Below are positions 36,233 through 45,721 of a stretch of DNA of 64,000 bases, one piece after another. A program made the position numbers and the translations under genes. The notes under the pieces are model-generated. The model saw only the letters and a program-made list of their open reading frames with translations, made no database searches and was not told the origin of the DNA. The DNA is from an uncultured Actinomycetes bacterium (GTDB lineage Bacteria > Actinomycetota > Thermoleophilia > Solirubrobacterales > Solirubrobacteraceae). Location of the stretch: positions 1,124,557 to 1,188,556 of the forward strand of contig CAVVAC010000003.1 of NCBI GenBank assembly GCA_963746145.1, written 5' to 3'. The first letter of the stretch is position 1; each line of letters opens with the position of its first letter.

Positions 36233-37165
36233 GTGCCCGAACCGTGGCAACCCGCATACCTCAGCGGTAGTGAGGATTCCACGGATCGCCTGATCGCTCG
36301 GCTGGCGTCGGCGCAGTGGGGAGTAGTCGCTCGCCGGCAGCTGCTGGCGGCGGGGCTGAGTGAGCGGGTGATCCATCGCCGGCTGACCGTCGAGCTGCTC
36401 GTGCCGCTCCATCGTGGCGTCTACGGAGTGGGGCATGAGCGCCTGCGGCGGGAGGGGTGGTGGCTCGCGGCGGTGCTGGCGGTCGGGCCTGGGGCGGTCT
36501 TGAGCCATCGCGACGCCGCCGGCCTGCATGGGATCCGGCCGGCGAACCATCGGCGGCCCGACGTCAGCACCACCCGCCGGGTGCGGGTGGAGGGGATCGC
36601 GGTTCATCGCACGCGGGTGCTCGCTTCCGAGGACGTCACGACCGTCAGCGGCATTCCGGTCACCACGATCGAGCGCACACTGGTGGATCTGGCCGGAGTG
36701 GTCGCGTACGACCACATCGAGAGCGCACTCAGGCGGGCGGACGACCAGCAAGCGCTCGACCCACAGAAAATCAGGCAAGCACTCGACCGCACACGTCACC
36801 GCCAAGGCCCAGGCCACAAGCGCCTGACCACAGCCCTCGCCGAGCACGAGGCCCTCGCCACGACCCTCACCCGCTCCGCCCTCGAAGCCAGTTTTCAGCG
36901 GTTGATCAAGCGCGCACACCTGCCCCAGCCGCGAACCAACATCCGCATCGAGGGATACGAAGTCGACGCGGTGTGGGCGGACGCAAGGGTTGTGGCAGAG
37001 CTGGACGGCTGGGAGTTCCACAAGAAGCGCCACGCGTTCGAGCGCGATCGAGCACGGGACACCACCCTGGCGGCAGCCGGCTGGCACGTCATCCGTTTCA
37101 CCCACCGCCAGATCGTCAGCAACCCCGAGCACGTCATCGCAACGCTCCACGCCCTGACACGCTGA
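36233..37165 (+). CDS. AbiEi-type antitoxin-like wHTH fused to DUF559 (Vsr-like) nuclease domain
   Basis: A..Q.GVV.R.QL..AG, RGVY, LSH..AA..HG, PVTT.ERT.VDLA, RS.LE, D......VVAELDG..FH....FERDR.RD..L...GW.V.RF. Confidence 0.85.
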   Translation: MPEPWQPAYLSGSEDSTDRLIARLASAQWGVVARRQLLAAGLSERVIHRRLTVELLVPLHRGVYGVGHERLRREGWWLAAVLAVGPGAVLSHRDAAGLHGIRPANHRRPDVSTTRRVRVEGIAVHRTRVLASEDVTTVSGIPVTTIERTLVDLAGVVAYDHIESALRRADDQQALDPQKIRQALDRTRHRQGPGHKRLTTALAEHEALATTLTRSALEASFQRLIKRAHLPQPRTNIRIEGYEVDAVWADARVVAELDGWEFHKKRHAFERDRARDTTLAAAGWHVIRFTHRQIVSNPEHVIATLHALTR

Positions 37166-37193
37166 CCGCCGCGCGCGCGACCATGTCGAGCCC

Positions 37194-40118
37194 GTGCCGC
37201 TCAAGCTCGTCATCGGCCCCGCGAACGCCGCCAAGGCAGGCGTCGTCTTCGGCGCCTTTCGCCAACGCCTCCCGCGCGACCCCTGGCTCGTCGTGCCGAC
37301 GGCGGCCGACGTCGCCCACTACGAGCGGGAGCTGACGCAGGCCGGTCCGCGCACGGGCGGCCGGATCGCCACGTTCGCCGATCTCTCCCGCGAGATCGCC
37401 TCCCGCGCCGGCTACGGCGCGCGCGTCGTCGGCCCGCTCCAGCGCGAGCGGCTCGTCGCCGACGCGATCGCCACCGCGGGGCTGGAGGCGCTTGCCCCCG
37501 TCGCTCACACGCGCGGCTTCCTGCACAGCGCCGGAGCGCTCGTCGCCGAGCTGGAGCGGGCGCTCGTCACACCGCAGCGCTTCACCGCGGCCGTACGTGC
37601 GTGGCCCGAGGCGCCCGCGAAGGCGCACGAGGCGGCCGCGATCTACGCCCGCTACGTCCGCCTGCTCGACGGCCTCAAGCGCGTCGACCGCGAGCTGTTC
37701 GCATGGCGTGCGCTCGACGCGCTGCGCGCCAGGCCGAGCGCGTGGGGCGCCACGCCGGTCCTGCTCTACGGCTTCGACGACCTCACGCCGCTGGAGCGCG
37801 ATGCGGTCGAGACGCTCGCGCGCGTCGCCGACGCGGAGCTGATCGTCTCGCTCACCTACGAGCCAGGACGGGCCGCGTTTGCCGGGCGGGCCGCGTTCGC
37901 CGAGCAGCTGCGCCAGCTCGCGAACGAGGTCGAGGAGCTGCCGCCGCTGCCCGACCACTACGAGCCGAGCGCGCGCAAGGTCCTGCACCACGTCGAGCGC
38001 TCCTTGTTCGAGTCGGGCGCCGCGCGCGTCCCCGCCGACGGGGCGGTCGAGCTGCTCGTGGCCGGTGGCGAGCGCGCCGAGGCGGAGCTGGTCGCCGCCG
38101 AGCTGCTGCGGCTGCTGCGCGAACAGAACGTACCCGGCGAGCAGATCGCCGTCGTGCTGCGCAGCCCGCGCCGCGGCGGCGCGCTGCTCTCACAGGTGCT
38201 CGACGCCTACGGCGTCCCGCATGCGCTCGACCGCAGGCTCCCGCTCGCGCACACCGCGCTCGGCCGCGGCCTGCTCGCGCTCGCACGCTGCGCGCTCACG
38301 CCCGACCGCGCCCGTCCGGAGGACCTGCTCGCGTACCTGCGCACGCCCGGGCGCCTGGACCGCATCGAGCTCGCGGACCGCCTGGAGGCGACCGTCCGCC
38401 GCGCCGGCATCCGCGACCTCGCCGGCACGCGCGCGGCGTGGGAGGAGGCGCCGGGCGGCTGGCCGCTGCGCGAGCTGGACCGCCTGCGCGGCGCCGCGGC
38501 CGACGGGCAGGCGCCATTGCTGGCGGCGCTCGAACGAGCAGCGCGCGCGCTGTTCGCGGCGCCGCACCGCGGCCGCGCGCCGCTGCTCACGCCCGCGGAG
38601 GAGGTCGACGCCCGCGCGCTCGCCGTGCTGCTCGCCGCGCTGGAGGACCTCGCCGCGCTGGCGGCCGCGCAGCCGCGCCGCCCGGCCACGAGCGACCACG
38701 AGGCGCTGCTGGAGGCGCTCGCGGAGCTGGAGGTCGCGGTCGGCGAGCCGCCGGGCGGGCGGGCCGGGTCGGTGCTCGTCGCGGACCCGCTCGCGATCCG
38801 CGCCCGCCGCTTCGACACGGTGATCGTGTGCGGCCTTCAGGAGGGCGAGTTCCCGCGCCCGGCCACGACCGAGCCGTTCCTGTCCGACGAGGAGCGGCGC
38901 GCGCTCAACAGCGCCAGCGGGCTGCGACTGGAGCCGCGCGAGGACGTGCTCGCCGACGAGCGCCACCTCTTCCACGCGACCGTCTCGCGCGCCGCGCGGC
39001 GGCTCGTGCTGAGCTGCCGCGACGCGGACGAGGACGGCAACCCCGCGGTCCCGTCGTTCTTCGTCGAGGACGTGCGCGCGCTGCTGAGCGAGCTGCCGCA
39101 GGTGCACCGACCGCTGTCCGACGTCACCTGGCCGCTCGCGAGCGCGCCGACGCCCGTCGAACGCGCCCGCGCGCAGGCGCTCGCCGCCCCGCGCGCGACA
39201 CCGGCGCCGATCGCCTCGCTCGGTCCCGAGGCCTGCGCCGCGCTGCGCCAGCGCGAGCTGCTGTCCGCAAACGGCCTGGAGACGTACGCCCGCTGCCCGG
39301 TCCGCTGGCTCGTGGAGAGCGAGCTGCGGCCCGAGCGCTTCGACCCCGACCCGGAGGCGCTCGCCCGCGGCAGCTGCATCCACCGCGTGCTGGAGCGCAC
39401 GCTCGCGCAGCTCGAGCTGCCCTTGCGCGAGGAGGCGCTGCCCGCGGCCGAGGCGGTGGTGCAGGCCGTCGTGGCGCAGGAAGCGGAGCGCTTCACGCTC
39501 GCGCGCACCGCGGCGGCGCAGGCCGCGGCCGCGCACGAGATCGCCGCCGACGTGCTGCGCCTGCTCGCGCACGAGGCGCGCGCCGGCGGCGGCTTCGCGC
39601 CCGCGGCGTTGGAGCTGCGCTTCGGGATGGCGAGCGAGGAGGGGGAGCTGGGGCCGCTCGTGCTCGGCGACGGCGCGCTCGCGCTGCGCGGCGTGATCGA
39701 CCGCGTCGACCTCGACGCGCTCGGTCGCGCGCTCGTGCGCGACTACAAGAGCGGGCGTGCGTCGAGCCGCTGGCCGGTCGCGCGCTGGACGCTCGACGAC
39801 CAGCTGCAGGTCGCGCTTTACATGATCGCCGTGCGCGAGCTGCTGGGACGCGAGCCGGTCGGCGGCGTCTACCAGCCGCTGCGCGACCCCGACCCGCGCG
39901 CGCGCGGGATCGTCCGCGACGACGTCGACGCGGGCGAGCTGGTGCACGAGCGCGACCGTCGCAGCCGCGAGCAGCTGGAGGAGGCGCTCACAGCCGCCTC
40001 GCAGCGCGCCTGCGAGCTGGCGCTCGCGCTGCGCGGCGGTGCGCTCGTGCCGCTGCCCGAGACGTGCAGCCCCAACGGCTGCGCCCACCCCGGCGTCTGC
40101 AGGGTGGCGGACGCGTGA
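37194..40118 (+). CDS. addB: AddB/AdnA-like subunit (degenerate helicase plus PD-(D/E)xK nuclease)
   Basis: Degenerate Walker A GPANAAKA; L.EG.FP, RGVIDRVD...RDYKSG, QVALY; 1+3 Cys pattern. Confidence 0.8.
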   Translation: MPLKLVIGPANAAKAGVVFGAFRQRLPRDPWLVVPTAADVAHYERELTQAGPRTGGRIATFADLSREIASRAGYGARVVGPLQRERLVADAIATAGLEALAPVAHTRGFLHSAGALVAELERALVTPQRFTAAVRAWPEAPAKAHEAAAIYARYVRLLDGLKRVDRELFAWRALDALRARPSAWGATPVLLYGFDDLTPLERDAVETLARVADAELIVSLTYEPGRAAFAGRAAFAEQLRQLANEVEELPPLPDHYEPSARKVLHHVERSLFESGAARVPADGAVELLVAGGERAEAELVAAELLRLLREQNVPGEQIAVVLRSPRRGGALLSQVLDAYGVPHALDRRLPLAHTALGRGLLALARCALTPDRARPEDLLAYLRTPGRLDRIELADRLEATVRRAGIRDLAGTRAAWEEAPGGWPLRELDRLRGAAADGQAPLLAALERAARALFAAPHRGRAPLLTPAEEVDARALAVLLAALEDLAALAAAQPRRPATSDHEALLEALAELEVAVGEPPGGRAGSVLVADPLAIRARRFDTVIVCGLQEGEFPRPATTEPFLSDEERRALNSASGLRLEPREDVLADERHLFHATVSRAARRLVLSCRDADEDGNPAVPSFFVEDVRALLSELPQVHRPLSDVTWPLASAPTPVERARAQALAAPRATPAPIASLGPEACAALRQRELLSANGLETYARCPVRWLVESELRPERFDPDPEALARGSCIHRVLERTLAQLELPLREEALPAAEAVVQAVVAQEAERFTLARTAAAQAAAAHEIAADVLRLLAHEARAGGGFAPAALELRFGMASEEGELGPLVLGDGALALRGVIDRVDLDALGRALVRDYKSGRASSRWPVARWTLDDQLQVALYMIAVRELLGREPVGGVYQPLRDPDPRARGIVRDDVDAGELVHERDRRSREQLEEALTAASQRACELALALRGGALVPLPETCSPNGCAHPGVCRVADA

Positions 40119-43100
40119 GCGGCGTCCCCTTCACGCCCGAGCAGCGCGCCGCGATCGACCACTCCGGCGGTCTGCTGCTGACCGCCAACGCCGGCAGCGG
40201 CAAGACCTCCGTGCTGGCCGAGCGCTACGTGCTCGCGGCGCGCGAGCAGGACGTCGGCGTCGGACGGATCCTCGCGATCACGTTCACCGAGAAGGCGGCG
40301 GCGGAGCTGCGCATGCGCGTGCGCGAGCGCTTCGAGAAGCTCGGCGACGGCGAGCGCGCGCGCGCGACCGAGGCCGCCTGGATCTCGACGATCCACAGCT
40401 TCTGCGCGCGGCTGCTGCGCACGCACGCGCTCGCGGCCGGGCTCGACCCGCGCTTCGTCGTGCTCGACGAGCGCGCCGCGCGGCGGCTCGCGCGCGAGGC
40501 CTTCGACGCGGCGCTCGACGCGCTCGCGCGCGAGCACGGCACGGCGGCGCTGGAGCTGATCGCGGCCTACCGCGCGGGCGACCTGTGGGAGGCGATCCTC
40601 GCCGTGCACGGCGAGCTGCGCAGCCGCGGCGTCGAGCAGCCGTCGCTGCCGCCGGCGCAGCCGCGGGCGCTGGCGCCGCGCCGCAGCGCGCTCGCGATCG
40701 CGCGCGCGCAGGCCGCGGCCGAGCTGGAGCACGCCAGCGACGGCAAGACGCTCGCGATCGCGCGCAAGCGGCTGGCCGACTGCGCGGTGCTGCTCGACCG
40801 CACCTCCGAGCAGCGCGCCCCGCTGCCCGGCGCCGTCGCCGCGCTCGCGCTGCCGCGCAACGGCAAGGCGCTCGCCGGGGAGGGCTGCGCCGCCTACCGC
40901 GAGGCGCTCGACGCGTTCGCCGACGCCTGCGCGGACGCTCACGCGATGCCGGTCCACGCGCTGCTCGACGCGCTCCTGCGCGCCTTCGCCAGCCGCTACG
41001 CGGCCGCCAAGCAGACCGTCTCGGCGCTCGACTTCGAGGACCTCGAGCTGCGCGCGAACCGGCTGCTGCGCGAGCACGAGCCGCTGCGCGCGCGCTACGC
41101 CGAGCGCTTCGCGCACGTGCTCGTGGACGAGTTCCAGGACACCAACCCGCTGCAGCTCGGGCTGCTGCAGCAGCTCGCGGGCGAGCGGCTGTTCGCGGTC
41201 GGCGACGAGCTCCAGTCGATCTACGGCTTCCGCCACGCCGACGTGCGCAGCTTCCGCGCGCTGCGCGAGTCCTCAGCGGCGCGCGACGCGGCCGCCACGC
41301 TCGCGACGAACTTCCGCAGCCACGCCGAGCTGCTGCGCGCGCTCAACCTCGCCTTCGCGCCGCGCTTCGGGGCGAGCTTCACGCCGCTCGTCCCCGGTCG
41401 CAAGGAGCCGCCGGAGGCGCCCGGATCCGAGCCCCCCCACCCGCGCGTCGAGCTGCTGATCGTCGACCAGAGCGCCGACTGGGAGCAGGCGCAGCTCGTC
41501 CCCGTCGGCACCGTCGCGCCCGCGCCGCTGTGGCGGATCGCCGAGGCGCGCCTGCTCGCCGCCCGCGTCCGCGCGCTGCTCGACGGCGGCCGGGCGGCGG
41601 GGGAGGTCGTCGTGCTGCTGCGCGCGACCGGCGACCTCGCCGTCTACGAGCGCGCGCTCGCCGACGCCGGCGTGCCGACGTACGTGATCGGCGGGCGCGG
41701 CTACTGGTCCCAGCAGCAGGTGCGCGACCTGGTCGCGTACCTGCGCGTGCTCGCGAACCCGCGCGACGGGCTCGCGCTCACGACGCTGCTGGCCTCGCCG
41801 CTCGTGGGCCTCTCCAGCGACGCGCTCGTGCTGCTGGCTGCCGCCGCGCGGGCGTCCGGCCGCGACCCCTGGTGGACGCTGATCGACGACGCCGAGCTCG
41901 TCGAGCGCCTCGCGCCGCAGGATCGCGAGCGCGTGCTCGCGCTGCGCAACTGGCTGCCGGCCGAGCGTCGCGCGCTGCCGCGCCACGAGCTGGAGGCGCT
42001 GCTGGAGCGCGTGCTCGTGCGCAGCGGCTACGACCTCGCGCTGCTGCGGCTGCCGGGCGCCGAGCGGCGCTTCGCGAACGTGCGCAAGCTGATGCGGCTC
42101 GCGCGTGAGTGGTCGGCCGAGCACGGCCGCGACCTGCGCGGCTTCCTCGACCTCGTCGGCAGCCTCGGCGAGCCGAGCGAGCGCAGCGAGGACGACCGCG
42201 AGAGCGAAGCGCCGGTCGAGGGCGAGGCGCTCGACGCGGTGCGGCTGATGACGATCCACCGCGCCAAGGGGCTGGAGTTCCCGGTCGTCTGCGTGGCGGA
42301 CCTCGGCCGCGAGTCGCCGCCGGCCGGGCGGGAGCTGATCCGCGTCGGGCGCGACGGACGCGTCGGCCTGCGGCTGCGGACGCTCGGCGGCGGGCGCGGC
42401 TGGCCGGCGCTCGCGTACGCCGCGATCGGCGAGCAGCGCGCGCGCGACGACGCCGAGGAGGAGGCGCGCCTCTTCTACGTTGCGATGACGCGCGCCCGCG
42501 AGCAGCTGATCCTCAGCGGCGCGGTCGGCTGCCAGTCGTGGCCGGAGGCGAAGCCGGGCGCGGCGCCGCTGAGCTGGATCGCCCCCGCGTTCGTGCCCGA
42601 CGTCGCCGTGCGCGCTCTCTCCGCCGAGCAGGACGGCGTGCTCGACCGCGACGGCGCACAGGTCGCCTACGCGATGGCGCGGCCCGAGCGGCTCGTGCAG
42701 TTGCAGGCCGTAGCACCGGCCGCGCCCACCGCGGCAGCCTCGACGCCGGCCCCGGCGCCCGTCGCGCCGGCGCCCGCCGCCGCGCCCGCGCCGCCCGTGG
42801 CGACGCTCAGCTACACGAGCCTGCAGGAGCACACTCGCTGCGGCTATCGCTTCTACCTCGAGCGCGTCTTGCGGCTGCCGCGCGCGGAGGGCCCCGACGC
42901 GGGTCGCGGCGCGGCCCCGCAGCACGGCCTCGACGCGGCGCTGCGTGGCACGATCGTGCACGCGCTGCTGGAGCAGCTCGACTTCGCCCGGCCGCAGTCG
43001 CCCGACGCGGAGGCCGTGCGCCGCGCGGCCGCGCGCGCCGGCGCGACGACGACGGTCGCCGAGGCGCAGGAGCTGGCCGCGCTCGTCGACGCCTTCGTCG

Positions 43101-43606
43101 CGAGCCCGCTGTGCGCACGTCTCGCCGCCGCCCGCGCGGTCCACCGCGAGCAGCCCTTCGCGCTGCCGCTCGCGCTGCCCGAGGGCGGCACGATCCCGCT
43201 CACCGGCTTCTTCGACGTGATCGCGCAGGAACCGGGGCGCAGCCTGATCGTCGACTACAAGAGCGACCGCCTCGACGGCGCCGACCCGGCCGCGTTGGTC
43301 GCGAGCGCCTACGGCCTGCAGCGCACCGCCTACGCGCTCGCGGCGCTCGCTGGCGGCGCAGGCGAGGTCGAGGTCGTCCACTGCTTCCTCGCACGCCCCG
43401 ACCAGCCCGCCACCGCAACCTTCACCGCACAGGATGCGCCCGCGCTCGCGGCGGACCTCGCCACGCGTGCAGCCGCGATCCAGGCGCGGGAGCTGGACGT
43501 CGCGCCCGACCCGGGCCCGCGCATCTGCGACGGCTGCCCCGGTCGCGGGACGCTCTGCTCCTGGCCGCTCGAGCGCACGCGCGCGCCCGAGGGTCAGCTG
43601 CTCTGA
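40115..43606 (+). CDS. addA: AddA/AdnB-like UvrD helicase-nuclease
   Basis: ANAGSGKT, ITFTEKAA.E, ISTIHSFC, DEFQDTN, VGD..QSIYGFR.AD, L..NFRS, MTIHRAKGLEFPVV, YVAMTRA, IVDYKSD; GTGA overlap with addB. Confidence 0.88.
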   Translation: MSGVPFTPEQRAAIDHSGGLLLTANAGSGKTSVLAERYVLAAREQDVGVGRILAITFTEKAAAELRMRVRERFEKLGDGERARATEAAWISTIHSFCARLLRTHALAAGLDPRFVVLDERAARRLAREAFDAALDALAREHGTAALELIAAYRAGDLWEAILAVHGELRSRGVEQPSLPPAQPRALAPRRSALAIARAQAAAELEHASDGKTLAIARKRLADCAVLLDRTSEQRAPLPGAVAALALPRNGKALAGEGCAAYREALDAFADACADAHAMPVHALLDALLRAFASRYAAAKQTVSALDFEDLELRANRLLREHEPLRARYAERFAHVLVDEFQDTNPLQLGLLQQLAGERLFAVGDELQSIYGFRHADVRSFRALRESSAARDAAATLATNFRSHAELLRALNLAFAPRFGASFTPLVPGRKEPPEAPGSEPPHPRVELLIVDQSADWEQAQLVPVGTVAPAPLWRIAEARLLAARVRALLDGGRAAGEVVVLLRATGDLAVYERALADAGVPTYVIGGRGYWSQQQVRDLVAYLRVLANPRDGLALTTLLASPLVGLSSDALVLLAAAARASGRDPWWTLIDDAELVERLAPQDRERVLALRNWLPAERRALPRHELEALLERVLVRSGYDLALLRLPGAERRFANVRKLMRLAREWSAEHGRDLRGFLDLVGSLGEPSERSEDDRESEAPVEGEALDAVRLMTIHRAKGLEFPVVCVADLGRESPPAGRELIRVGRDGRVGLRLRTLGGGRGWPALAYAAIGEQRARDDAEEEARLFYVAMTRAREQLILSGAVGCQSWPEAKPGAAPLSWIAPAFVPDVAVRALSAEQDGVLDRDGAQVAYAMARPERLVQLQAVAPAAPTAAASTPAPAPVAPAPAAAPAPPVATLSYTSLQEHTRCGYRFYLERVLRLPRAEGPDAGRGAAPQHGLDAALRGTIVHALLEQLDFARPQSPDAEAVRRAAARAGATTTVAEAQELAALVDAFVASPLCARLAAARAVHREQPFALPLALPEGGTIPLTGFFDVIAQEPGRSLIVDYKSDRLDGADPAALVASAYGLQRTAYALAALAGGAGEVEVVHCFLARPDQPATATFTAQDAPALAADLATRAAAIQARELDVAPDPGPRICDGCPGRGTLCSWPLERTRAPEGQLL

Positions 43607-44748
43607 GCGGGCGCGCGCCCCGACGCGACCAGCCGGTCGCGCAGCAGCGTGAAGCCGATCCCCGCCGAGACGACCGTCAGCAGCCGGGTCGCGTCCGCGT
43701 CCAGCTCGGCGGGCTCGTCGAACACGAGCAGCAGGATCCCGAGCGGCTCGCCGACGACGACGATCGGCACGGCGAGGCTGTGGAGGTCCGGCGCGACGCC
43801 GAACGCGGCGCCGGTGGCGGAGTCGAGCCAGCCGGGCGTGCCCGCGTGCAGCAGCGTCGCGAGGTCGTCGAAGCCCGTGACGGTCACGCGGTGGGGCGTC
43901 AGCAGGCCGTGGCTGGCGTCGGTCAGCGCAAGCTCGCCGGCGAGGTAGACGGCGATGCCCGCGTCGAGCGCGCCGAGCCCGAGCCCGACCGTGCTCGTGA
44001 CGGTCGGCAGCAGCGTGGTGCCCGCGTCGCGCTGGAAGCGCTCGGCCAGCCGCGCCGCAAGCGCGAGCCAGCGTCCGCGGCGCCGGTCGCTGGCGCGGGC
44101 GCTCGCCAGCTCGCGCTGCAGCGCCTCCAGCTGCTCGCGCGCGCGCCGCTCCTGCGCGCGGTCGACGCCGACGAGCGCGACCGTCGGCGGCTCGCGCGGG
44201 GCGGGGGGGAGCCGGTAGGCGATCGAGCGCTCGACCCCGCGCTCGGCGCCCCACATCGGATGCTGGCACTCCAGTGTCGCCACGTCGCCCGCGAACAGCG
44301 CGTGCAGCGTGCGCTCGAGGTCGCTGCCGAGAAACCAGGGCAGCGCGCCGAGCCTCTGACCTGGCGCGAGCGCGTCCGGCAGCGAGCGCACCGCCGCGTT
44401 GACGTAGACGACGCGCAGCGGCTCCGGCCCGCTCACGAGCACGACCGGCGTCGGCGCGACGCCGACGGCGACGGCGAGCGTCGCCGCGGCCGGCGTCCGC
44501 GGCTCGCCGTCCGGCGCGGGCTCGGCCGCCGCGGCGATCGCCTCGGCCAGCGGAACCCCCTGCTGCGCCGCGCGTCGCACCGCGACGACGCGGGCGGCGT
44601 CGGCAAGCGCATAGCGGCGGGGACCTTGGCCGACGCGGATCGGCTGGGGAAAGCCGAAGCGGCGCTCCCACGTCCGCAGACGCTCGCGCGAGAGCCCTGT
44701 CAGCCCCGCGAACTCCGTCGCGCTGACGCTCTGCCCACCTCTGTCCAC
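43594..44748 (-). CDS. MerR-family HTH fused to PAS-like and GAF-like domains
   Basis: LRTWERRFGFPQP.R...RRY; VVYVNAA; coiled coil; SLAVPIVV.GEPLGILLL; start approximate (GTG 44748). Confidence 0.7.
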   Translation of the reverse strand: MDRGGQSVSATEFAGLTGLSRERLRTWERRFGFPQPIRVGQGPRRYALADAARVVAVRRAAQQGVPLAEAIAAAAEPAPDGEPRTPAAATLAVAVGVAPTPVVLVSGPEPLRVVYVNAAVRSLPDALAPGQRLGALPWFLGSDLERTLHALFAGDVATLECQHPMWGAERGVERSIAYRLPPAPREPPTVALVGVDRAQERRAREQLEALQRELASARASDRRRGRWLALAARLAERFQRDAGTTLLPTVTSTVGLGLGALDAGIAVYLAGELALTDASHGLLTPHRVTVTGFDDLATLLHAGTPGWLDSATGAAFGVAPDLHSLAVPIVVVGEPLGILLLVFDEPAELDADATRLLTVVSAGIGFTLLRDRLVASGRAPAQSS

Positions 44749-44893
44749 CTGCCTGTTGTACCGCAGCGGACACGTTCGCACCAGTGACCGCGTCTGCCCA
44801 CCTTGCCAAGGAGAGCGCTTCAGGAGCATGGTTTCCAGGACCCGAGAATTTCACTCCAAGCGGGTCGTCTGACGGAAGGAGACGGTCCCCCTC

Positions 44894-45673
44894 GTGTCTG
44901 CCCTCACCGCCGTCCACCACCCGGTCGACGCACGCGTCGACGAGCACGAGCTGCTGCGTCGCTGGCACGAGGAGCGCGACGAGAACGCACGCAGCGCGCT
45001 GATCGAGCGGATGCTCCCGCTCGTGCGCTCGCTCGCCCGCCGCTACGCCAACCGCGGCGAGCCGCTGGACGATCTCGAGCAGGTCGGCTGCGTCGGGCTG
45101 ATCAAGGCCGTCGACCGCTTCGACCTCACGCGCGAGCTGCGCTTCTCGACCTTCGCGGTGCCGACGATCCTCGGCGAGATCAAGCGTCACTTTCGCGATC
45201 GCGCCTGGTCCGTGCACGTCTCGCGCGGCCTGCAGGAGCTGAGCGCCCGCGTCGCCCGCGAGGTCGACCGCCTCTCGACCAAGCTCGGCCACTCGCCGAC
45301 GATCGAGGAGGTCGCGCAGGCGACCGGCTCGACGCCCGAGCAGGTGCTCGAGGCGCTCCAGGGCGCGCACGCCTACTCCACCGTCCCGCTGGAGGAGACG
45401 ATCGGCGACGACGGCGAGCCGGTCGCGCGCCTCGGCGGCGAAGATCCCGCCTTTGCGGTCGCGGAGGAGCGCATCGAGCTGAACGCGGCGATGCGCCCGC
45501 TGAGCGAGCGCGAACGCCGGATCGTGCTGCTGCGCTTCTTCGCCGGCCTCACGCAGCGCGAGATCGCCGAGCGCGTCGGGATCTCGCAGATGCACGTCTC
45601 GCGGCTGCTGCGGCGCGCGCTGGAGCAGATGGGCGACGAGCTGCCACTGCCGCTGCAGGCGCGCGTGCACTGA
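44894..45673 (+). CDS. SigB/SigF/SigG-family sigma factor
   Basis: ARRY..RGEPLDDLEQVG.VGLIKAVDRFD....FSTFAVPTI.GEIKRHFRD, TQREIAERVGISQMHVSRL. Confidence 0.95.
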   Translation: MSALTAVHHPVDARVDEHELLRRWHEERDENARSALIERMLPLVRSLARRYANRGEPLDDLEQVGCVGLIKAVDRFDLTRELRFSTFAVPTILGEIKRHFRDRAWSVHVSRGLQELSARVAREVDRLSTKLGHSPTIEEVAQATGSTPEQVLEALQGAHAYSTVPLEETIGDDGEPVARLGGEDPAFAVAEERIELNAAMRPLSERERRIVLLRFFAGLTQREIAERVGISQMHVSRLLRRALEQMGDELPLPLQARVH

Positions 45674-45721
45674 CGCGCCCAGCGCTTGCCGTGACGGCCG
45701 CGAGGGTAGAGAATCGCTCTC

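Noticed and set aside
32730-36257. 1175-aa antisense ORF, and similar long shadow ORFs (5565-8978, 41273-46735, 55888-57813 etc.)
   Set aside because: They overlap well-supported genes on the other strand or frame, have Arg/Ala/Gly-rich motif-less translations, and are expected from stop-codon scarcity at high GC3.
37601-43606. 2001-aa ORF as an AddB-AddA fusion
   Set aside because: Only the part from GTG 40115 carries helicase motifs. The upstream part is an alternative frame of addB, which has its own stop at 40118.
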